Below, piece after piece: positions 30,205 to 41,026 of a DNA stretch of 64,000 bases; position 1 is the stretch's first letter, and the number at the start of each line of letters is the position of its first letter. This DNA is from Pseudomonadota bacterium. Lineage in GTDB: Bacteria; Pseudomonadota; Gammaproteobacteria; Pseudomonadales; JADFDG01. The DNA lies in NCBI GenBank assembly GCA_049324495.1, contig JBMOOP010000110.1, positions 26,027-90,026 of the forward strand. Direction: 5' to 3'. The notes beneath the pieces are model-generated. The model was not told the DNA's origin and did not search any database. It saw only the letters and a program-made list of their open reading frames with translations. A program made the translations under genes and the position numbers.

Positions 30205-30606
30205 TTACTGGCAACCAGGAAAGCCCGAGACGAGGACGGTGGCCAGGTTGGTGCCCAGGCCCAGTTCGGTCTGATAGGCCGGGAATTGCGTCTGCAGGCC
30301 GCCTGAGACGGTGTTGGCCAGGCGCAGGCGATTGGCGCAATTGGGTTCGGTGCGCAGCGATGACAGGTTCCCGATCAGGCTGCCGGCCATATTGGCGCGT
30401 GAAGTATTGCCGGCGCTGGATGCCTTGCTCTGTTCGACCGACAGCCAGGTCTGCAGGGCGATGATGGTGGTTTGCATCGCTACGCCGGGCGAGGCTGATG
30501 CAGCCGGGGTTCCGCTTGCGGAAGCGTCAGCGAGCCCCATCATGTTGCACCCTGCCAGCAGGGTGGCAACGGCAATCGTGATGGCGGCAATGAAGGAACG
30601 GGTCAT
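30205..30606 (-). CDS. small lipoprotein of unknown function
   Basis: ATG at 30606 gives MTRSFIAAITIAVATLLAGC (lipobox LLAGC). It is 133 aa and Ser/Ala/Thr-rich, with two further Cys. The longer annotated ORF (to 30900) has no supporting signal. Confidence 0.5.
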   Translation of the reverse strand: MTRSFIAAITIAVATLLAGCNMMGLADASASGTPAASASPGVAMQTTIIALQTWLSVEQSKASSAGNTSRANMAGSLIGNLSSLRTEPNCANRLRLANTVSGGLQTQFPAYQTELGLGTNLATVLVSGFPGCQ

Positions 30607-30906
30607 GGCAGGAGGTCTCCGGCGGCGAGCTTTGAAGAATGCGACGGGGAAGGGCCGCGTGCAGTGCGCAGGGTACCGGAAGTGAGGGTGATTTGCCGAC
30701 TCGGCTGTGGTGCCTTGTGCCTGTGACATTAACTTTACTGCCGGTGCGGGCGAAATCCGGGTCACGCCGGGGTTGGAATTTGGGCACTGTTGCCGGCAGT
30801 CCGGGTCGGCGTCGCAGACGCCGCCGAGCAGTTGGGCGTCGCACCCGGCCTGCTCTACACCTGGCCATGCTTTCCCGACCGGCACAGACACCACCGGCAA
30901 TCTATT

Positions 30907-31116
30907 TCAGATCAATTCCAGACTCTTTTTGCCACCCAGGACAGCATCCGCAGAAATTCGATGATCCATACGAAGCAGCCCATTTTCCGTAATGGGGCAA
31001 GTAACAAAACTCTTTTTTCCCACCCGAGCGAACCACGCATGTGCCTCTTCGTGCTGCACATGTGCAGGATCAACAAGCGCAATCAGGACATTCACATCCA
31101 GTAGGTAAGTGGTCAC
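30907..31116 (-). pseudogene. internally deleted PIN-domain toxin (vapC remnant)
   Basis: It is 69 aa. The N-terminus TTYLLDVNVLIALVDPAHVQHEEAHAWF...CPITENGLLR and the C-terminus ISADAVLGGKKSLELI look like the two ends of a ~130-aa VapC. The central part carrying the other acidic catalytic residues is missing. Confidence 0.55.
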
Positions 31117-31229
31117 GCCTGCTCATCCCGCAACTGATTGATGAGTTCAAGCGTGACAGGTGAACCACTGGTACCCGCCGCCAGCGCAGGCACCCCATTT
31201 CGGACAGGCTTTGCTGACCGGGAACCCAT
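31113..31229 (-). pseudogene. truncated antitoxin remnant (vapB-like C-terminal tail only)
   Basis: My own translation gives MGSRSAKPVRNGVPALAAGTSGSPVTLELINQLRDEQA*. Its stop overlaps the vapC GTG (GTGA). No room remains for an N-terminal DNA-binding domain, because the upstream gene ends at 31289. Confidence 0.35.
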
Positions 31230-31288
31230 GCTGATGAGCAGAAAACTCCAACCCGGCAGGCGAATGGCCTGACGGGGCGGCGCTGGAC

Positions 31289-32743
31289 TCAAACAAAATG
31301 CGGGGCGAAGTGATCGCGCCAGGCATCCGGTGTCTGTGCGCGCAACGCGCTGACCAGGGTGCGTGCCAGTACGGCGCCGCGCGGCCCGGCACGATGCAGT
31401 GCGCAGAGGTCGCTGCCGTCGATATCACCAGCGAGCGTGCCGCCGGCGCGGGCCAGTGCGTCCGTCAGTGCCGCAATCGCGTCGCGTGCCGCGCGCGTGC
31501 CGCTGCAGTTCAGCCATGCGGTGACATGACGGAACAGCAAGGCAGGTGCCTGGTGAATATCGTCGCTGTTCGGCGTCGCCAGCACATGCGCAGCCAGGCG
31601 CCGGGCTGCCGCATCGAGCATGCCGTCACAGAAAGCTGGCTCGTTGGTGAGCACAACGGGAATCTGCGTCGGCAGCCAGTCGCGCCAGGCAATCAGTGCA
31701 AAGCGCAGCAGCCCTTCGCCGAGGATGCCGTGGCGCGGTAATGCTGCGAGGCGCGATAGTGCGCGCTGCACATCATCGGGCGATCGCGCAGCAGCACAGG
31801 CGACCAGCCCCAACTCGGCCAGCTCGGCGCCGGCAATCAACCGCTCGCGCACGTCGTCGCTGCATGCAAGGCGGCCGCTGCCATTAGCGAGTGCCGTCAC
31901 GATGCGGGCGCGGAATGCTGGCGTCGAGGCGGCGCTGATGAACAAGGTATCGACATCGACATGGTCGAGCTTACCGTGGGCAAGATTTTCCAGGGCGCGA
32001 TCGAAGAACAACGGATCGAACGCCGGCGATGGCGGCCGCGATGCGGCGAGGGCTTCCGGATCAAGAAAAAATTCCGCCATGCCCGACGTAAACAGCAAAA
32101 CGCGCCGCAGTGCGGTCGGCAGCCCGCGAAATGCATCGTAGTCAAGGCGCGGGTGGCCGGCGTCGCCGGTTATCAGTTTCTGCACGAGGCGGACATGACG
32201 CAGCAGTGCGGCACGGCCTTCGTCCTGCGCGGCGGCAAATTTCAGCAGACGTAGCGTCGATGCTGCCGTTGTCAGCGTACCGGTTTTGGCCAGTTGCGCG
32301 GCCTGCAGTGCCAGCAGGGTATCGGTTTCGACGGGCGCGATTTCCGGTAGCCGGGCGGCCGGCAGCGTGCCATCGCGCAGTAGCCGCCAGTGCGCTGCGA
32401 CCGGCGCGGATGCGTTGTCGAGTAGTGCGCGCCGTGTCGCCAGTAATCCGGTTGTTGGCGTATTGCGTTCGGCGTAACGCAGTGCCAACCAGAGCAGAGG
32501 AAGCTCGGTTTCGCTGCTGGCGGCAATCAGGTCGTTAAGGAATTTACCAAACGTCTGACGACGGTTTTTCGCGGCGTCACGCAGCAGTTCGCCGACGGTG
32601 CCTGCATAAAGTGCGAGTGCATCACGGGCGCGCGCCATCGCATCCGGCCGCGACCAGTCGATGCGGGCGGTCACGGCGACGAGCCGCGCCGCGCCGTAGC
32701 CGTGGTCCTGCAGGAACGTTTTCTCAGCGCGCGGCGTTGGCAT
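31289..32743 (-). CDS. hypothetical Ala/Leu-rich, predicted all-helical cytoplasmic protein (484 aa)
   Basis: It is the longest ORF in the region and has high third-position GC, like neighbouring genes. I recognise no TM segment, signal peptide or catalytic motif. Its start overlaps the maeB 3' end by 20 nt. Confidence 0.55.
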   Translation of the reverse strand: MPTPRAEKTFLQDHGYGAARLVAVTARIDWSRPDAMARARDALALYAGTVGELLRDAAKNRRQTFGKFLNDLIAASSETELPLLWLALRYAERNTPTTGLLATRRALLDNASAPVAAHWRLLRDGTLPAARLPEIAPVETDTLLALQAAQLAKTGTLTTAASTLRLLKFAAAQDEGRAALLRHVRLVQKLITGDAGHPRLDYDAFRGLPTALRRVLLFTSGMAEFFLDPEALAASRPPSPAFDPLFFDRALENLAHGKLDHVDVDTLFISAASTPAFRARIVTALANGSGRLACSDDVRERLIAGAELAELGLVACAAARSPDDVQRALSRLAALPRHGILGEGLLRFALIAWRDWLPTQIPVVLTNEPAFCDGMLDAAARRLAAHVLATPNSDDIHQAPALLFRHVTAWLNCSGTRAARDAIAALTDALARAGGTLAGDIDGSDLCALHRAGPRGAVLARTLVSALRAQTPDAWRDHFAPHFV

Positions 32744-35018
32744 CGGCGACGGTCACCGCGGTCATGTTGATGATCCGCCGCACGGTCGCCGACGGCGTCA
32801 GGATGTGTACCGGCTTTGCCGCGCCCAGCAACAGCGGGCCGATGGCGATGCCGCCGCCAGCCGCGGTTTTCAGCAGGTTGTAGGCGATGTTGGCGGCATC
32901 CAGGTTGGGCAGCACCAGCAGGTTGGCGTCGCCTTCCAGAGTCGAGGTTGGCATGAGCTTTTTGCGATAGACACCGTCGAGCGCCGCGTCGCCGTGCATT
33001 TCGCCGTCAACTTCCAGCCAGGGGGCGGTGCCCTGCAGAATGGCCAGCGCCTCGCGCATCTTCACTGCCGATGGCTGATTGCTGGTACCGAAATTGCTAT
33101 GCGAGAGCAGTGCCGCTTTCGGGTGCAGGCCGAAGCGCATCATTTCCTCGGCGGCCATCACCGCGATCTCGGCAATCTGTTCGGCAGTCGGATCGTAATT
33201 GACGTGTGTGTCAACCAGCATTACCTGCCGATTCGGCAGGATCAGGCCGTTCATGCAGGCGTAGGTTTTTGCGCCTTCGCGCAGGCCAATTGCCTGATCG
33301 ATGTAGTGCAGATGCAACGGCGTGGTGCCCCAGGTGCCGCAGATCTGACCGTCGACGACGCCTTTGCGCAGCAGCATGGCGCCGATCAGTGTCGTGCGGC
33401 GGCGCATCTCGATCATCGCGTGTTGCTCGGTGATGCCCTTGCGCGCGGTGATACGGTGGTATTCGCGCCAGTATTCGTCGTAGCGATCGTCTTTTTCTAT
33501 GTTGACGATGTCGTAGTCACGGCCGACTTCCAGACGCAAACCGAACTTGGCGATGCGATGGGAAATCACGGCGGGCCGGCCAATCAGTGTCGGTCGCGCC
33601 AGGTTTTCGTCGACCACTACCTGGACGGCACGCAGTACGCGCTCATCCTCGCCTTCGGAATAGGCAACGCGTTTTTTCGTTGATTGCTTGGCGAGCATGA
33701 AGATCGGCTTCATCGTTGCGCCGGAGGCATAGACGAAGGTTTGCAGTTTGTCGCGATAGGCATCCAGGTCGGTGATCGGGCGTGCCGCCACGCCGGAATC
33801 GGCGGCAGCCTGCGCCACGGCTGGCGCGATTCTCATCATCAGTCGCGGGTCGAAGGGTTTCGGAATCAGGTAGTCGCGCCCGAAGGTCAGTGACGTATCG
33901 GCATAGGCCGCTGCCACGACTTCATTCTGCTCAGCCTGCGCCAGCTGGGCTATGGCATGCACGGCTGCTATTTCCATTTCCGATGTAATGGTAGTGGCAC
34001 CGCAATCGAGGGCGCCGCGGAAAATGTACGGGAAGCACAGGACGTTGTTGACCTGGTTCGGGTAGTCGGTACGGCCGGTAGCAATGATGGCGTCGCTACG
34101 CACGGCGAGCACTTCGTCTGGCAGTATCTCTGGCGTCGGATTGGCAAGCGCAAACACCAGCGGCGATGCGTTCATGGTTTTCAGCATGTGCGGTTTCAGT
34201 ACGCCGCCCGCGCTTAAGCCAAGGAAAATATCGGCACCGCCCAGCGCTTCTGCCAGGGTGCGCTGGGCGGTTTTCTGCGCGAAGACTGCCTTGTCTTCAT
34301 CCATCAGCTCGGCACGGCCTTCATAGACAAGCCCGGCAAGATCGGTCGCCCAGATGTTCTCACGCGGCACGCCGAGTTTCACCAGCAGGCCAAGACAGGC
34401 AAGCGCGGCGGCGCCGGCGCCGGAGGTGACGAGCTTTACTTTTTTGATGTCTTTCCCGGTGATCTTGATGCCGTTCAATACAGCGGCACCGACGACGATC
34501 GCCGTACCGTGCTGGTCGTCGTGAAACACCGGAATTTTCATCCGCGCACGCAACTGGCGTTCGACGTAGAAACAATCCGGCGCTTTGATGTCCTCGAGGT
34601 TGACGCCACCGAAAGTGGGTTCCAGCGCGGCGATGGTGTCGACCAATTTGTCGAGATTCGATTCCTGCAATTCGAGATCGAAGACATCAATGCCGGCAAA
34701 TTTTTTGAACAGCACGGCCTTGCCTTCCATCACCGGTTTGGCGGCGAGCGGCCCGATGTTGCCGAGGCCCAATACCGCAGTGCCATTGGTGATGACGGCC
34801 ACCAGGTTGCCGCGCGAGGTGTAGCGGAATGCGTTGGCCGGATCGGCGACGATCTCCTCGCAGGCGGCGGCGACGCCCGGCGAATACGCCATGGCGAGAT
34901 CATGCTGGTTGACCAGTTGCTTGGTTGCCGTAATGGCGAGTTTTCCGGGCGTGGGAAACTCGTGGTATTCGAGCGCGGCGCGCCGCAATTCTGCGCGTTT
35001 GTCGTCGTTGTCGGGCAT
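32724..35018 (-). CDS. maeB: NADP-dependent malic enzyme (malic enzyme + phosphotransacetylase-like domain)
   Basis: The start is at [26 protein letters not shown] (ATG 35018). It has the malic-enzyme NAD(P) fold ([11 protein letters not shown]) and a C-terminal PTA-like domain. The product is about 764 aa. Confidence 0.92.
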   Translation of the reverse strand: MPDNDDKRAELRRAALEYHEFPTPGKLAITATKQLVNQHDLAMAYSPGVAAACEEIVADPANAFRYTSRGNLVAVITNGTAVLGLGNIGPLAAKPVMEGKAVLFKKFAGIDVFDLELQESNLDKLVDTIAALEPTFGGVNLEDIKAPDCFYVERQLRARMKIPVFHDDQHGTAIVVGAAVLNGIKITGKDIKKVKLVTSGAGAAALACLGLLVKLGVPRENIWATDLAGLVYEGRAELMDEDKAVFAQKTAQRTLAEALGGADIFLGLSAGGVLKPHMLKTMNASPLVFALANPTPEILPDEVLAVRSDAIIATGRTDYPNQVNNVLCFPYIFRGALDCGATTITSEMEIAAVHAIAQLAQAEQNEVVAAAYADTSLTFGRDYLIPKPFDPRLMMRIAPAVAQAAADSGVAARPITDLDAYRDKLQTFVYASGATMKPIFMLAKQSTKKRVAYSEGEDERVLRAVQVVVDENLARPTLIGRPAVISHRIAKFGLRLEVGRDYDIVNIEKDDRYDEYWREYHRITARKGITEQHAMIEMRRRTTLIGAMLLRKGVVDGQICGTWGTTPLHLHYIDQAIGLREGAKTYACMNGLILPNRQVMLVDTHVNYDPTAEQIAEIAVMAAEEMMRFGLHPKAALLSHSNFGTSNQPSAVKMREALAILQGTAPWLEVDGEMHGDAALDGVYRKKLMPTSTLEGDANLLVLPNLDAANIAYNLLKTAAGGGIAIGPLLLGAAKPVHILTPSATVRRIINMTAVTVADANAAR

Positions 35019-35234
35019 GGCGTGGATAGCTCGCAGGGCGTGGTGGCCGGGTTGATGGATCCTGATGGAAACGCACTTGATTGTAGGGGCGGCGCACCAC
35101 TGCGGGCCAATGGCAGTGTGCAGACCGTGGTGCAGAGAGTCATTCGCAGGTGGCCGGCAGTCTGATTGCCCCCCCGGTACCCTTCGGGGACAATGGCGGC
35201 CCCCGGCCATACCCCGCCCCAGGAGCCCAGTCCG

Positions 35235-37244
35235 ATGCCCGCAACGCCCAGTCGCCGAGAGCTTGCCAACGCCATCCGTGCCCTGAGCATGGATGCGGTT
35301 CAAAAGGCGAAATCCGGGCACCCCGGCATGCCGATGGGCATGGCCGACATCGCCGAGGTGCTGTGGCGCGATTATCTCGCCCACAACCCGGCCAATCCGC
35401 ACTGGGTCAATCGCGACCGCTTCGTGCTCTCGAATGGCCACGGTTCAATGCTGTTGTATTCGCTGCTGCATCTGACCGGTTACGACGTGTCACTCGATGA
35501 TCTGAAAAATTTCCGTCAGCTGCATTCGAAAACGCCGGGCCACCCGGAATATGGCTACACGCCGGGCATCGAGACGACGACCGGCCCACTCGGCCAGGGA
35601 CTTGCCAACGCCGTCGGCATGGCCATCGCAGAAAAAACGCTGGCGGCGCAGTTCAATCGCGACGGCCTGAACATCGTCGACCACCACACCTATGTATTCG
35701 TTGGCGACGGTTGCCTGATGGAAGGCATCTCGCACGAAGTCTGTTCGCTCGCTGGAACCCTCGGCCTGGGCAAACTGATCGTTTTTTATGATGACAACGG
35801 CATTTCGATTGACGGCGAAGTGCACGGCTGGTTCACCGATGACACGCCGGCGCGTTTCCGCGCCTACGGCTGGCAGGTGATCCCGAATGTCGATGGCCAC
35901 GACACGCAGGAACTGCAAACTGCGATCAATACCGCGCGTACCAATACCGGGCAGCCAACACTGATTTGCTGCAAGACGATCATCGGTTTCGGTGCGCCGA
36001 CCAAGGCCGGCAAGGAAGAGTGTCACGGGTCGCCCCTGGGCGATGAAGAGATCAAGGGTGCGCGCGAGAAACTGGGTTGGAAATTTGCGCCGTTTGAGAT
36101 TCCCGCCAACATTGCCGCCGCCTGGAATGCGCATGATGCCGGCGCAAAACGCGAGGCAACCTGGAATGGGCTGTTCGAGCAGTACAGGACGAAAAATCCG
36201 GCGCTGGCTGCCGAGTTCGTGCGACGCATGCGCAACGAACTGCCGGCCGGCTGGCACGAGAAGGCCAATGCGTTCATCCGCGATGTCGCCGTCAAGGGCG
36301 AAACGATTGCCACCCGCAAGGCCTCACAGAATGCACTCAACGGCTTCGGTGCGCTGCTGCCGGAACTGCTCGGGGGCTCGGCCGATCTCGCCGGCTCTAA
36401 CCTGACGATCTGGAAGGGCTCGAGGGGCATTACCCACGACGACGCCAGCGGTAATTATCTTTATTACGGCGTGCGCGAATTCGGCATGACCGCGATCTGC
36501 AACGGCCTTGCCCTGCACGGCGGGTTTATTCCCTATGGCGCGACATTTTTGATTTTTATGGAATACGCGCGCAACGCCATGCGCATGGCAGCGCTGATGA
36601 GGCAGCGTAATATCCAGGTGTATACGCACGATTCGATTGGCCTGGGCGAAGACGGCCCGACCCACCAGCCGGTCGAGCAGTTGGCCAATTTGCGGCTCAC
36701 GCCGAATATGAGTGTGTGGCGCCCGGCGGACGCAGTGGAGTCGGCGGTAGCGTGGAAGGCAGCGATCGAGCGCAAGACCGGGCCGACGGCGCTGGTTTTT
36801 TCGCGACAGAACCTGCCGCATATACCCCGTAGCGAAACCGCGCTCGCCAACATTGCTCGCGGCGGTTATGTCGTTGAGCCATACAATGCGGCGAATCCGG
36901 ATGCGATCATCATCGCCACCGGTTCGGAAGTGGAACTGGCAATGGCGGCGGCGAAAGTGCTCGGTGAAAAGGGCCGCCATGTGCGCGTTGTGTCGATGCC
37001 GTCCGCCGACGTGTTTGATGCGCAGGAAGCCGCTTACCGCGAATCGGTGTTGCCAAAATCCTGCCGTGTGCGCGTCGCTGTTGAGGCAGGCATCAAGGAA
37101 TACTGGCGCCGTTATGTTGGCCTGGATGGCGCGATCGTCGGCATGGAATCGTTCGGTGAATCAGCACCGGCCGCGCAGCTGTTCCAGCATTTTGGCATCA
37201 CCACGGCGGCGGTCGTCGCCGCCGTTGAGGGCTTGCCGGGATGA
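35235..37244 (+). CDS. tkt: transketolase
   Basis: ATG at 35235 is preceded by AGGAG. It has the motifs [33 protein letters not shown] and [16 protein letters not shown]. Confidence 0.95.
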   Translation: MPATPSRRELANAIRALSMDAVQKAKSGHPGMPMGMADIAEVLWRDYLAHNPANPHWVNRDRFVLSNGHGSMLLYSLLHLTGYDVSLDDLKNFRQLHSKTPGHPEYGYTPGIETTTGPLGQGLANAVGMAIAEKTLAAQFNRDGLNIVDHHTYVFVGDGCLMEGISHEVCSLAGTLGLGKLIVFYDDNGISIDGEVHGWFTDDTPARFRAYGWQVIPNVDGHDTQELQTAINTARTNTGQPTLICCKTIIGFGAPTKAGKEECHGSPLGDEEIKGAREKLGWKFAPFEIPANIAAAWNAHDAGAKREATWNGLFEQYRTKNPALAAEFVRRMRNELPAGWHEKANAFIRDVAVKGETIATRKASQNALNGFGALLPELLGGSADLAGSNLTIWKGSRGITHDDASGNYLYYGVREFGMTAICNGLALHGGFIPYGATFLIFMEYARNAMRMAALMRQRNIQVYTHDSIGLGEDGPTHQPVEQLANLRLTPNMSVWRPADAVESAVAWKAAIERKTGPTALVFSRQNLPHIPRSETALANIARGGYVVEPYNAANPDAIIIATGSEVELAMAAAKVLGEKGRHVRVVSMPSADVFDAQEAAYRESVLPKSCRVRVAVEAGIKEYWRRYVGLDGAIVGMESFGESAPAAQLFQHFGITTAAVVAAVEGLPG

Positions 37245-38251
37245 CCGGACGGGCATTGCGCATCGCGATCAACGGCTACGGCCGCATCGGGCGCAATGTG
37301 TTGCGGGCGCTGCATGAGCGCGGCGAGTACGGTGTTGAAATCGTCGCGATCAACGAGACAGGCCGTGCTGATGCGATTGCACACCTGACGCGCCACGATT
37401 CCACGCACGGGCCGTTCAGTGGTGAGGTTGCCCTGGAAGAAGGCTGCCTCATCGTCAATGGCAAACGCATTGCGCTGTCCGCAATTGCCGATCCCGCCGA
37501 GTGCCCGTGGTATAAGCTGAACGTTGATCTCGTGCTTGAATGCACCGGAGCGTTTCGGGCGCGTGCCGATGCCGCGCGACATCTTGTTGCCGGTGCACAG
37601 CGTGTGGTGATCGGCGCGGTTGGTTTCGATGAGCCGGACGCCACGGTGGTCTACGGCATCAATCACACAACGCTGACTGCCGACCAGCATGTCATCTCGG
37701 CGTCATCCTGCACCACGCACTGTTTGGCGCCGGTGCTGTCGGTTCTCAATGACGCGTTTGGCGTTGAGCGCGTGCTGATGACCGAGATCCATGCCAGCAC
37801 ATCGGATCAGCACCTGCTTGACCATGTGCACCGCGACTTGCGCCGCGCCCGCGCTGCCGGCCAAAGCATTATCCCGACCACATCGAGCAGCATCGGCGCC
37901 GTGCAAAAAGTGTTGCCGTGGCTGGCAGGCCGCATCACCGGCTACTCGGTGCGCGTGCCGACGCAGAATGTTGCACTGGTCGATCTTAGCGTCGAGTTGC
38001 GCACACCGCCGACCGCACAGGCGATCAACGCGCTGTTCAAGCGGGCAAGCGGCGGCGAGTGGCGGGGCCTTGTCGGTTACAACGATGAGCCATTGGTCAG
38101 CATCGATTTCAACCATCGGCGTGAATCGGCGATTTTCGATTCCACGGAAACGCACCTGCTCGGAAATCTCGCCAAATTGATGGTTTGGTATGACAACGAG
38201 TGGGGATATGCGAACAGGTTGGTTGATTTGTGCGTCGCGTTGCGCAAGTGA
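37241..38251 (+). CDS. gap: type I glyceraldehyde-3-phosphate / erythrose-4-phosphate dehydrogenase family protein
   Basis: It has [14 protein letters not shown] (the NAD site), catalytic [10 protein letters not shown], and WYDNEWGY at the C-terminus. An ATGA overlap joins it to tkt. Confidence 0.88.
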   Translation: MTGRALRIAINGYGRIGRNVLRALHERGEYGVEIVAINETGRADAIAHLTRHDSTHGPFSGEVALEEGCLIVNGKRIALSAIADPAECPWYKLNVDLVLECTGAFRARADAARHLVAGAQRVVIGAVGFDEPDATVVYGINHTTLTADQHVISASSCTTHCLAPVLSVLNDAFGVERVLMTEIHASTSDQHLLDHVHRDLRRARAAGQSIIPTTSSSIGAVQKVLPWLAGRITGYSVRVPTQNVALVDLSVELRTPPTAQAINALFKRASGGEWRGLVGYNDEPLVSIDFNHRRESAIFDSTETHLLGNLAKLMVWYDNEWGYANRLVDLCVALRK

Positions 38252-38276
38252 ATGGTAATTCAATCAGGAACCGAGC

Positions 38277-39464
38277 ATGTCCATCATAAAAATGTCTGAT
38301 CTTGACCTCAAAGGAAAGCGCGTTTTGATTCGCGAGGATCTCAACGTACCGGTGAAAAACGGCAAGGTTGCGTCGGATGCGCGCATTCTGGCCTCGCTGC
38401 CCACCATCAGGCTGGCGCTGGAAAAAAGTGCGGCGGTGATGGTGATGTCTCATCTTGGTCGTCCGGAGGAGGGTGTATTCAGCGAGGAGAACTCGATGCA
38501 GCCGGTCGCCGACTATCTGGAAAAGGCGCTGGGCCGGAACGTACCGCTGCTGAAGGAGTATCTCGGCGGTGTTGACGTAAAACCGGGCGAGATCGTGCTG
38601 TTCGAAAACGTGCGCTTCAACAGGGGCGAGAAGAAGAACAAGGACGAGCTGGCGCAGCAGTATGCCGCGCTGTGCGACGTGTTCGTGATGGATGCCTTCG
38701 GCACCGCGCACCGTGCCGAAGGTTCGACGCATGGCGTGGCGAAGTTCGCGAAGATTGCTTGCGCCGGTCCGTTGCTGGCCGCCGAACTGGAAGCACTGGG
38801 CAAGGCGCTGAAGACGCCGGCGCGGCCGATGGTAGCCATCGTCGCCGGCTCCAAGGTATCGACCAAGCTGGACGTACTCACCTCGCTGACCGGCATCTGC
38901 GATCAACTGATCGTCGGCGGCGGCATCGCCAACACCTTTCTGGCGGCGGCCGGCTACAAAGTCGGCAAGTCGCTGTGCGAACACGACCTGATCGACACCG
39001 CGAAGCAGATCGCCTTGAAAGTGAAGGTGCCGCTGCCGGTGGATGTCGTCGTCGCGAAGCTGCCGGACGGCGACGATTTCATGGCACGCGTGGCCGCGTC
39101 GAAGGCCGTGGTGAAGAAAGTGACGGACATCGCCGACGACGAGATGATTCTCGATGTCGGCCCCGAAACGGCGAAGCAGTTCGCCGGCCTGCTGCAGAGC
39201 GCGAAAACCATTTTGTGGAACGGCCCGGTCGGCGTGTTCGAGGCAGACCAGTTCGGCAACGGCACGAAGATGCTGTCGGAAGCGATTGCCGCGTCGAGCG
39301 CGTTCTCGATCGCCGGCGGCGGCGACACGCTGGCGGCGATCGACAAGTACGGTGTCGCCGACCGCATCGGCTACATCTCGACCGGCGGCGGCGCGTTCCT
39401 GGAATTCGTCGAAGGCAAGGTGCTGCCGGCGGTTGAAATTCTGCAGCAGCGGGCAAAGGGATAA
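38277..39464 (+). CDS. pgk: phosphoglycerate kinase
   Basis: It has [25 protein letters not shown] and [10 protein letters not shown] motifs. Confidence 0.95.
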   Translation: MSIIKMSDLDLKGKRVLIREDLNVPVKNGKVASDARILASLPTIRLALEKSAAVMVMSHLGRPEEGVFSEENSMQPVADYLEKALGRNVPLLKEYLGGVDVKPGEIVLFENVRFNRGEKKNKDELAQQYAALCDVFVMDAFGTAHRAEGSTHGVAKFAKIACAGPLLAAELEALGKALKTPARPMVAIVAGSKVSTKLDVLTSLTGICDQLIVGGGIANTFLAAAGYKVGKSLCEHDLIDTAKQIALKVKVPLPVDVVVAKLPDGDDFMARVAASKAVVKKVTDIADDEMILDVGPETAKQFAGLLQSAKTILWNGPVGVFEADQFGNGTKMLSEAIAASSAFSIAGGGDTLAAIDKYGVADRIGYISTGGGAFLEFVEGKVLPAVEILQQRAKG

Positions 39465-39469
39465 TCGAT

Positions 39470-39850
39470 ATGCGCGCAGGGATGTTCGTGGCGACCATGC
39501 TGGCTTCGGTGCTGGCGCAGGCCGGCGATGGTCTCGACCCGGCCATGAACGGCGACTACCGCTGCGATGGCGGCGTGACGTTCAGTGCGAAGGTGAAGAT
39601 CGCGCCGGACGTGAAGTCGGAGGTTGTTTTCTCCCCCGTAGGCGCCTCGACGACCGGCAGCACCGAGAATGACAGCGGTGCGCGGATGCGGGACAGCATC
39701 CGCGGCACGCGTTACTACGGCGTCCATGTCCGCCATGAGGGCAGGAAGTACAAGCTCTACCCGGTGGATGGCGAGGCGAACGTCTACACTGACAACAACG
39801 GAAAATTCAGGTGGTTCTGGTCGATGGCAGTGCTCCTTACGCCAGCCTGA
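39470..39850 (+). CDS. small secreted hypothetical protein
   Basis: It has a signal peptide (MLASVLAQA/GD) and is 126 aa. It starts 5 nt after the pgk stop. I recognise no family. Confidence 0.45.
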   Translation: MRAGMFVATMLASVLAQAGDGLDPAMNGDYRCDGGVTFSAKVKIAPDVKSEVVFSPVGASTTGSTENDSGARMRDSIRGTRYYGVHVRHEGRKYKLYPVDGEANVYTDNNGKFRWFWSMAVLLTPA

Positions 39851-39924
39851 TCATGGGCCCCGATGGCAAGACCGTGAACAATTGCCGCCAGGCGGCAGCC
39901 GCGGAAAAACAGTGAGGTAACGAC

Positions 39925-40989
39925 ATGGCACTCATCACCCTGCGTCAATTGCTCGACCACGCGGCTGAAAACAGCTACGGCGTCCCGGCATTCAACGTCA
40001 ACAATCTTGAGCAGATGCGCGCGATCATGGAGGCGGCGCAGAAATGCAACGCGCCGGTGATCGTGCAGGCCTCGGCCGGCGCGCGCAAATACGCCGGCGC
40101 GCCCTTTCTGCGTCACCTGATTCTCGCGGCAATCGAAGAATTTCCGGACATCCCGGTGGTAATGCACCAGGATCACGGCACGTCGCCGGCAATTTGCCAG
40201 CGCTCGATTCAGCTTGGCTTTTCGTCGGTAATGATGGATGGCTCGCTGGGTGAAGATGGCAAGACGCCGATGGATTACGCCTACAACGCGCGCGTGACGA
40301 AGCAGGCGGTCGAGATGGCGCACGCTTGCGGCGTATCAGTGGAAGGTGAGATTGGTTGCCTGGGTTCGCTGGAATCCGGCATGGCCGGCGAGGAAGACGG
40401 CCATGGCGCGGAGGGAACGCTGGATCACTCACAACTGTTGACCGACCCGGAAGAAGCCGCGCAGTTCGTCAAGGACACCGGCGTCGATGCGCTTGCCATC
40501 GCGATCGGCACGTCGCACGGTGCCTACAAGTTCACCCGGCCGCCGACCGGCGACATCCTCGCCATCGAACGCGTCAAGGAAATCAACCGTCGCATTCCGA
40601 ACACTCACCTGGTGATGCACGGTTCGTCGAGCGTGCCGCAGGACTGGTTGAAAATCATCAACGACAACGGCGGCGACATCAAGGAAACCTACGGGGTGCC
40701 GCTTGAGCAGATCGTCGAAGCTATCAAGCACGGTGTGCGCAAAGTGAACATCGATACCGACTTGCGTCTCGCGTCCACCGGCGCGATACGTCGCCACCTG
40801 GCAAAGAATCCGGCCGAGTTCGATCCGCGCAAGTACCTGAAGGATTCAATCACTGCGATGCGCGACATCTGCATCGGGCGTTACGAAGCGTTCGGTTCTG
40901 CCGGCCAGGCCTCGAAGATCAAGGTGGTGTCGCTCGAAAAAATGACCGAGCGTTACGCGAAGGGCGAGTTGGCGCAGAAGGTGAATTGA
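39925..40989 (+). CDS. fba: class II fructose-bisphosphate aldolase (354-aa FbaA/CbbA type)
   Basis: It has [34 protein letters not shown] and VMHGSSSVP motifs. Confidence 0.93.
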   Translation: MALITLRQLLDHAAENSYGVPAFNVNNLEQMRAIMEAAQKCNAPVIVQASAGARKYAGAPFLRHLILAAIEEFPDIPVVMHQDHGTSPAICQRSIQLGFSSVMMDGSLGEDGKTPMDYAYNARVTKQAVEMAHACGVSVEGEIGCLGSLESGMAGEEDGHGAEGTLDHSQLLTDPEEAAQFVKDTGVDALAIAIGTSHGAYKFTRPPTGDILAIERVKEINRRIPNTHLVMHGSSSVPQDWLKIINDNGGDIKETYGVPLEQIVEAIKHGVRKVNIDTDLRLASTGAIRRHLAKNPAEFDPRKYLKDSITAMRDICIGRYEAFGSAGQASKIKVVSLEKMTERYAKGELAQKVN

Positions 40990-41026
40990 GCGCACGGGTC
41001 AATACGGCGTTTAAGGGGAAGGCTAT

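Noticed and set aside
30607-30900. An N-terminal extension of the lipoprotein ORF (the 231-aa version), and possible vapC C-terminal remnants within it.
   Set aside because: The internal ATG at 30606 gives a textbook lipoprotein signal peptide. The upstream 98 codons have no features and only vague resemblance to PIN C-terminal sequence.
31147-31428. A 93-aa minus-strand ORF from the ORF track.
   Set aside because: It has no motif, and its translation is compositionally odd. It overlaps the 3' end of the 484-aa gene. The region is better explained by the vapB-like tail in another frame.
35019-35441. Long N-terminal extensions of maeB (905 aa). The same pattern occurs for serA (449 aa), pyrB (381 aa), tkt (692 aa), dgt (470 aa) and pyrC' (457 aa).
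   Set aside because: In each case an internal ATG, often with a good Shine-Dalgarno sequence, coincides with the conserved N-terminus of the family. The extensions are Arg/Pro/Gly-rich read-through of intergenic DNA.
36743-36750. The ops/JUMPStart core GGCGGTAG, an element usually associated with polysaccharide operons.
   Set aside because: It lies inside the tkt coding sequence, 13.6 kb from the glycan locus. This is a chance 8-mer occurrence in GC-rich DNA.
39881-39897. The palindrome TGCCGCCAGGCGGCA after the small secreted-protein gene, as a possible terminator.
   Set aside because: It has essentially no loop and no downstream T-run, and it sits just before the fba RBS. It is probably fortuitous.
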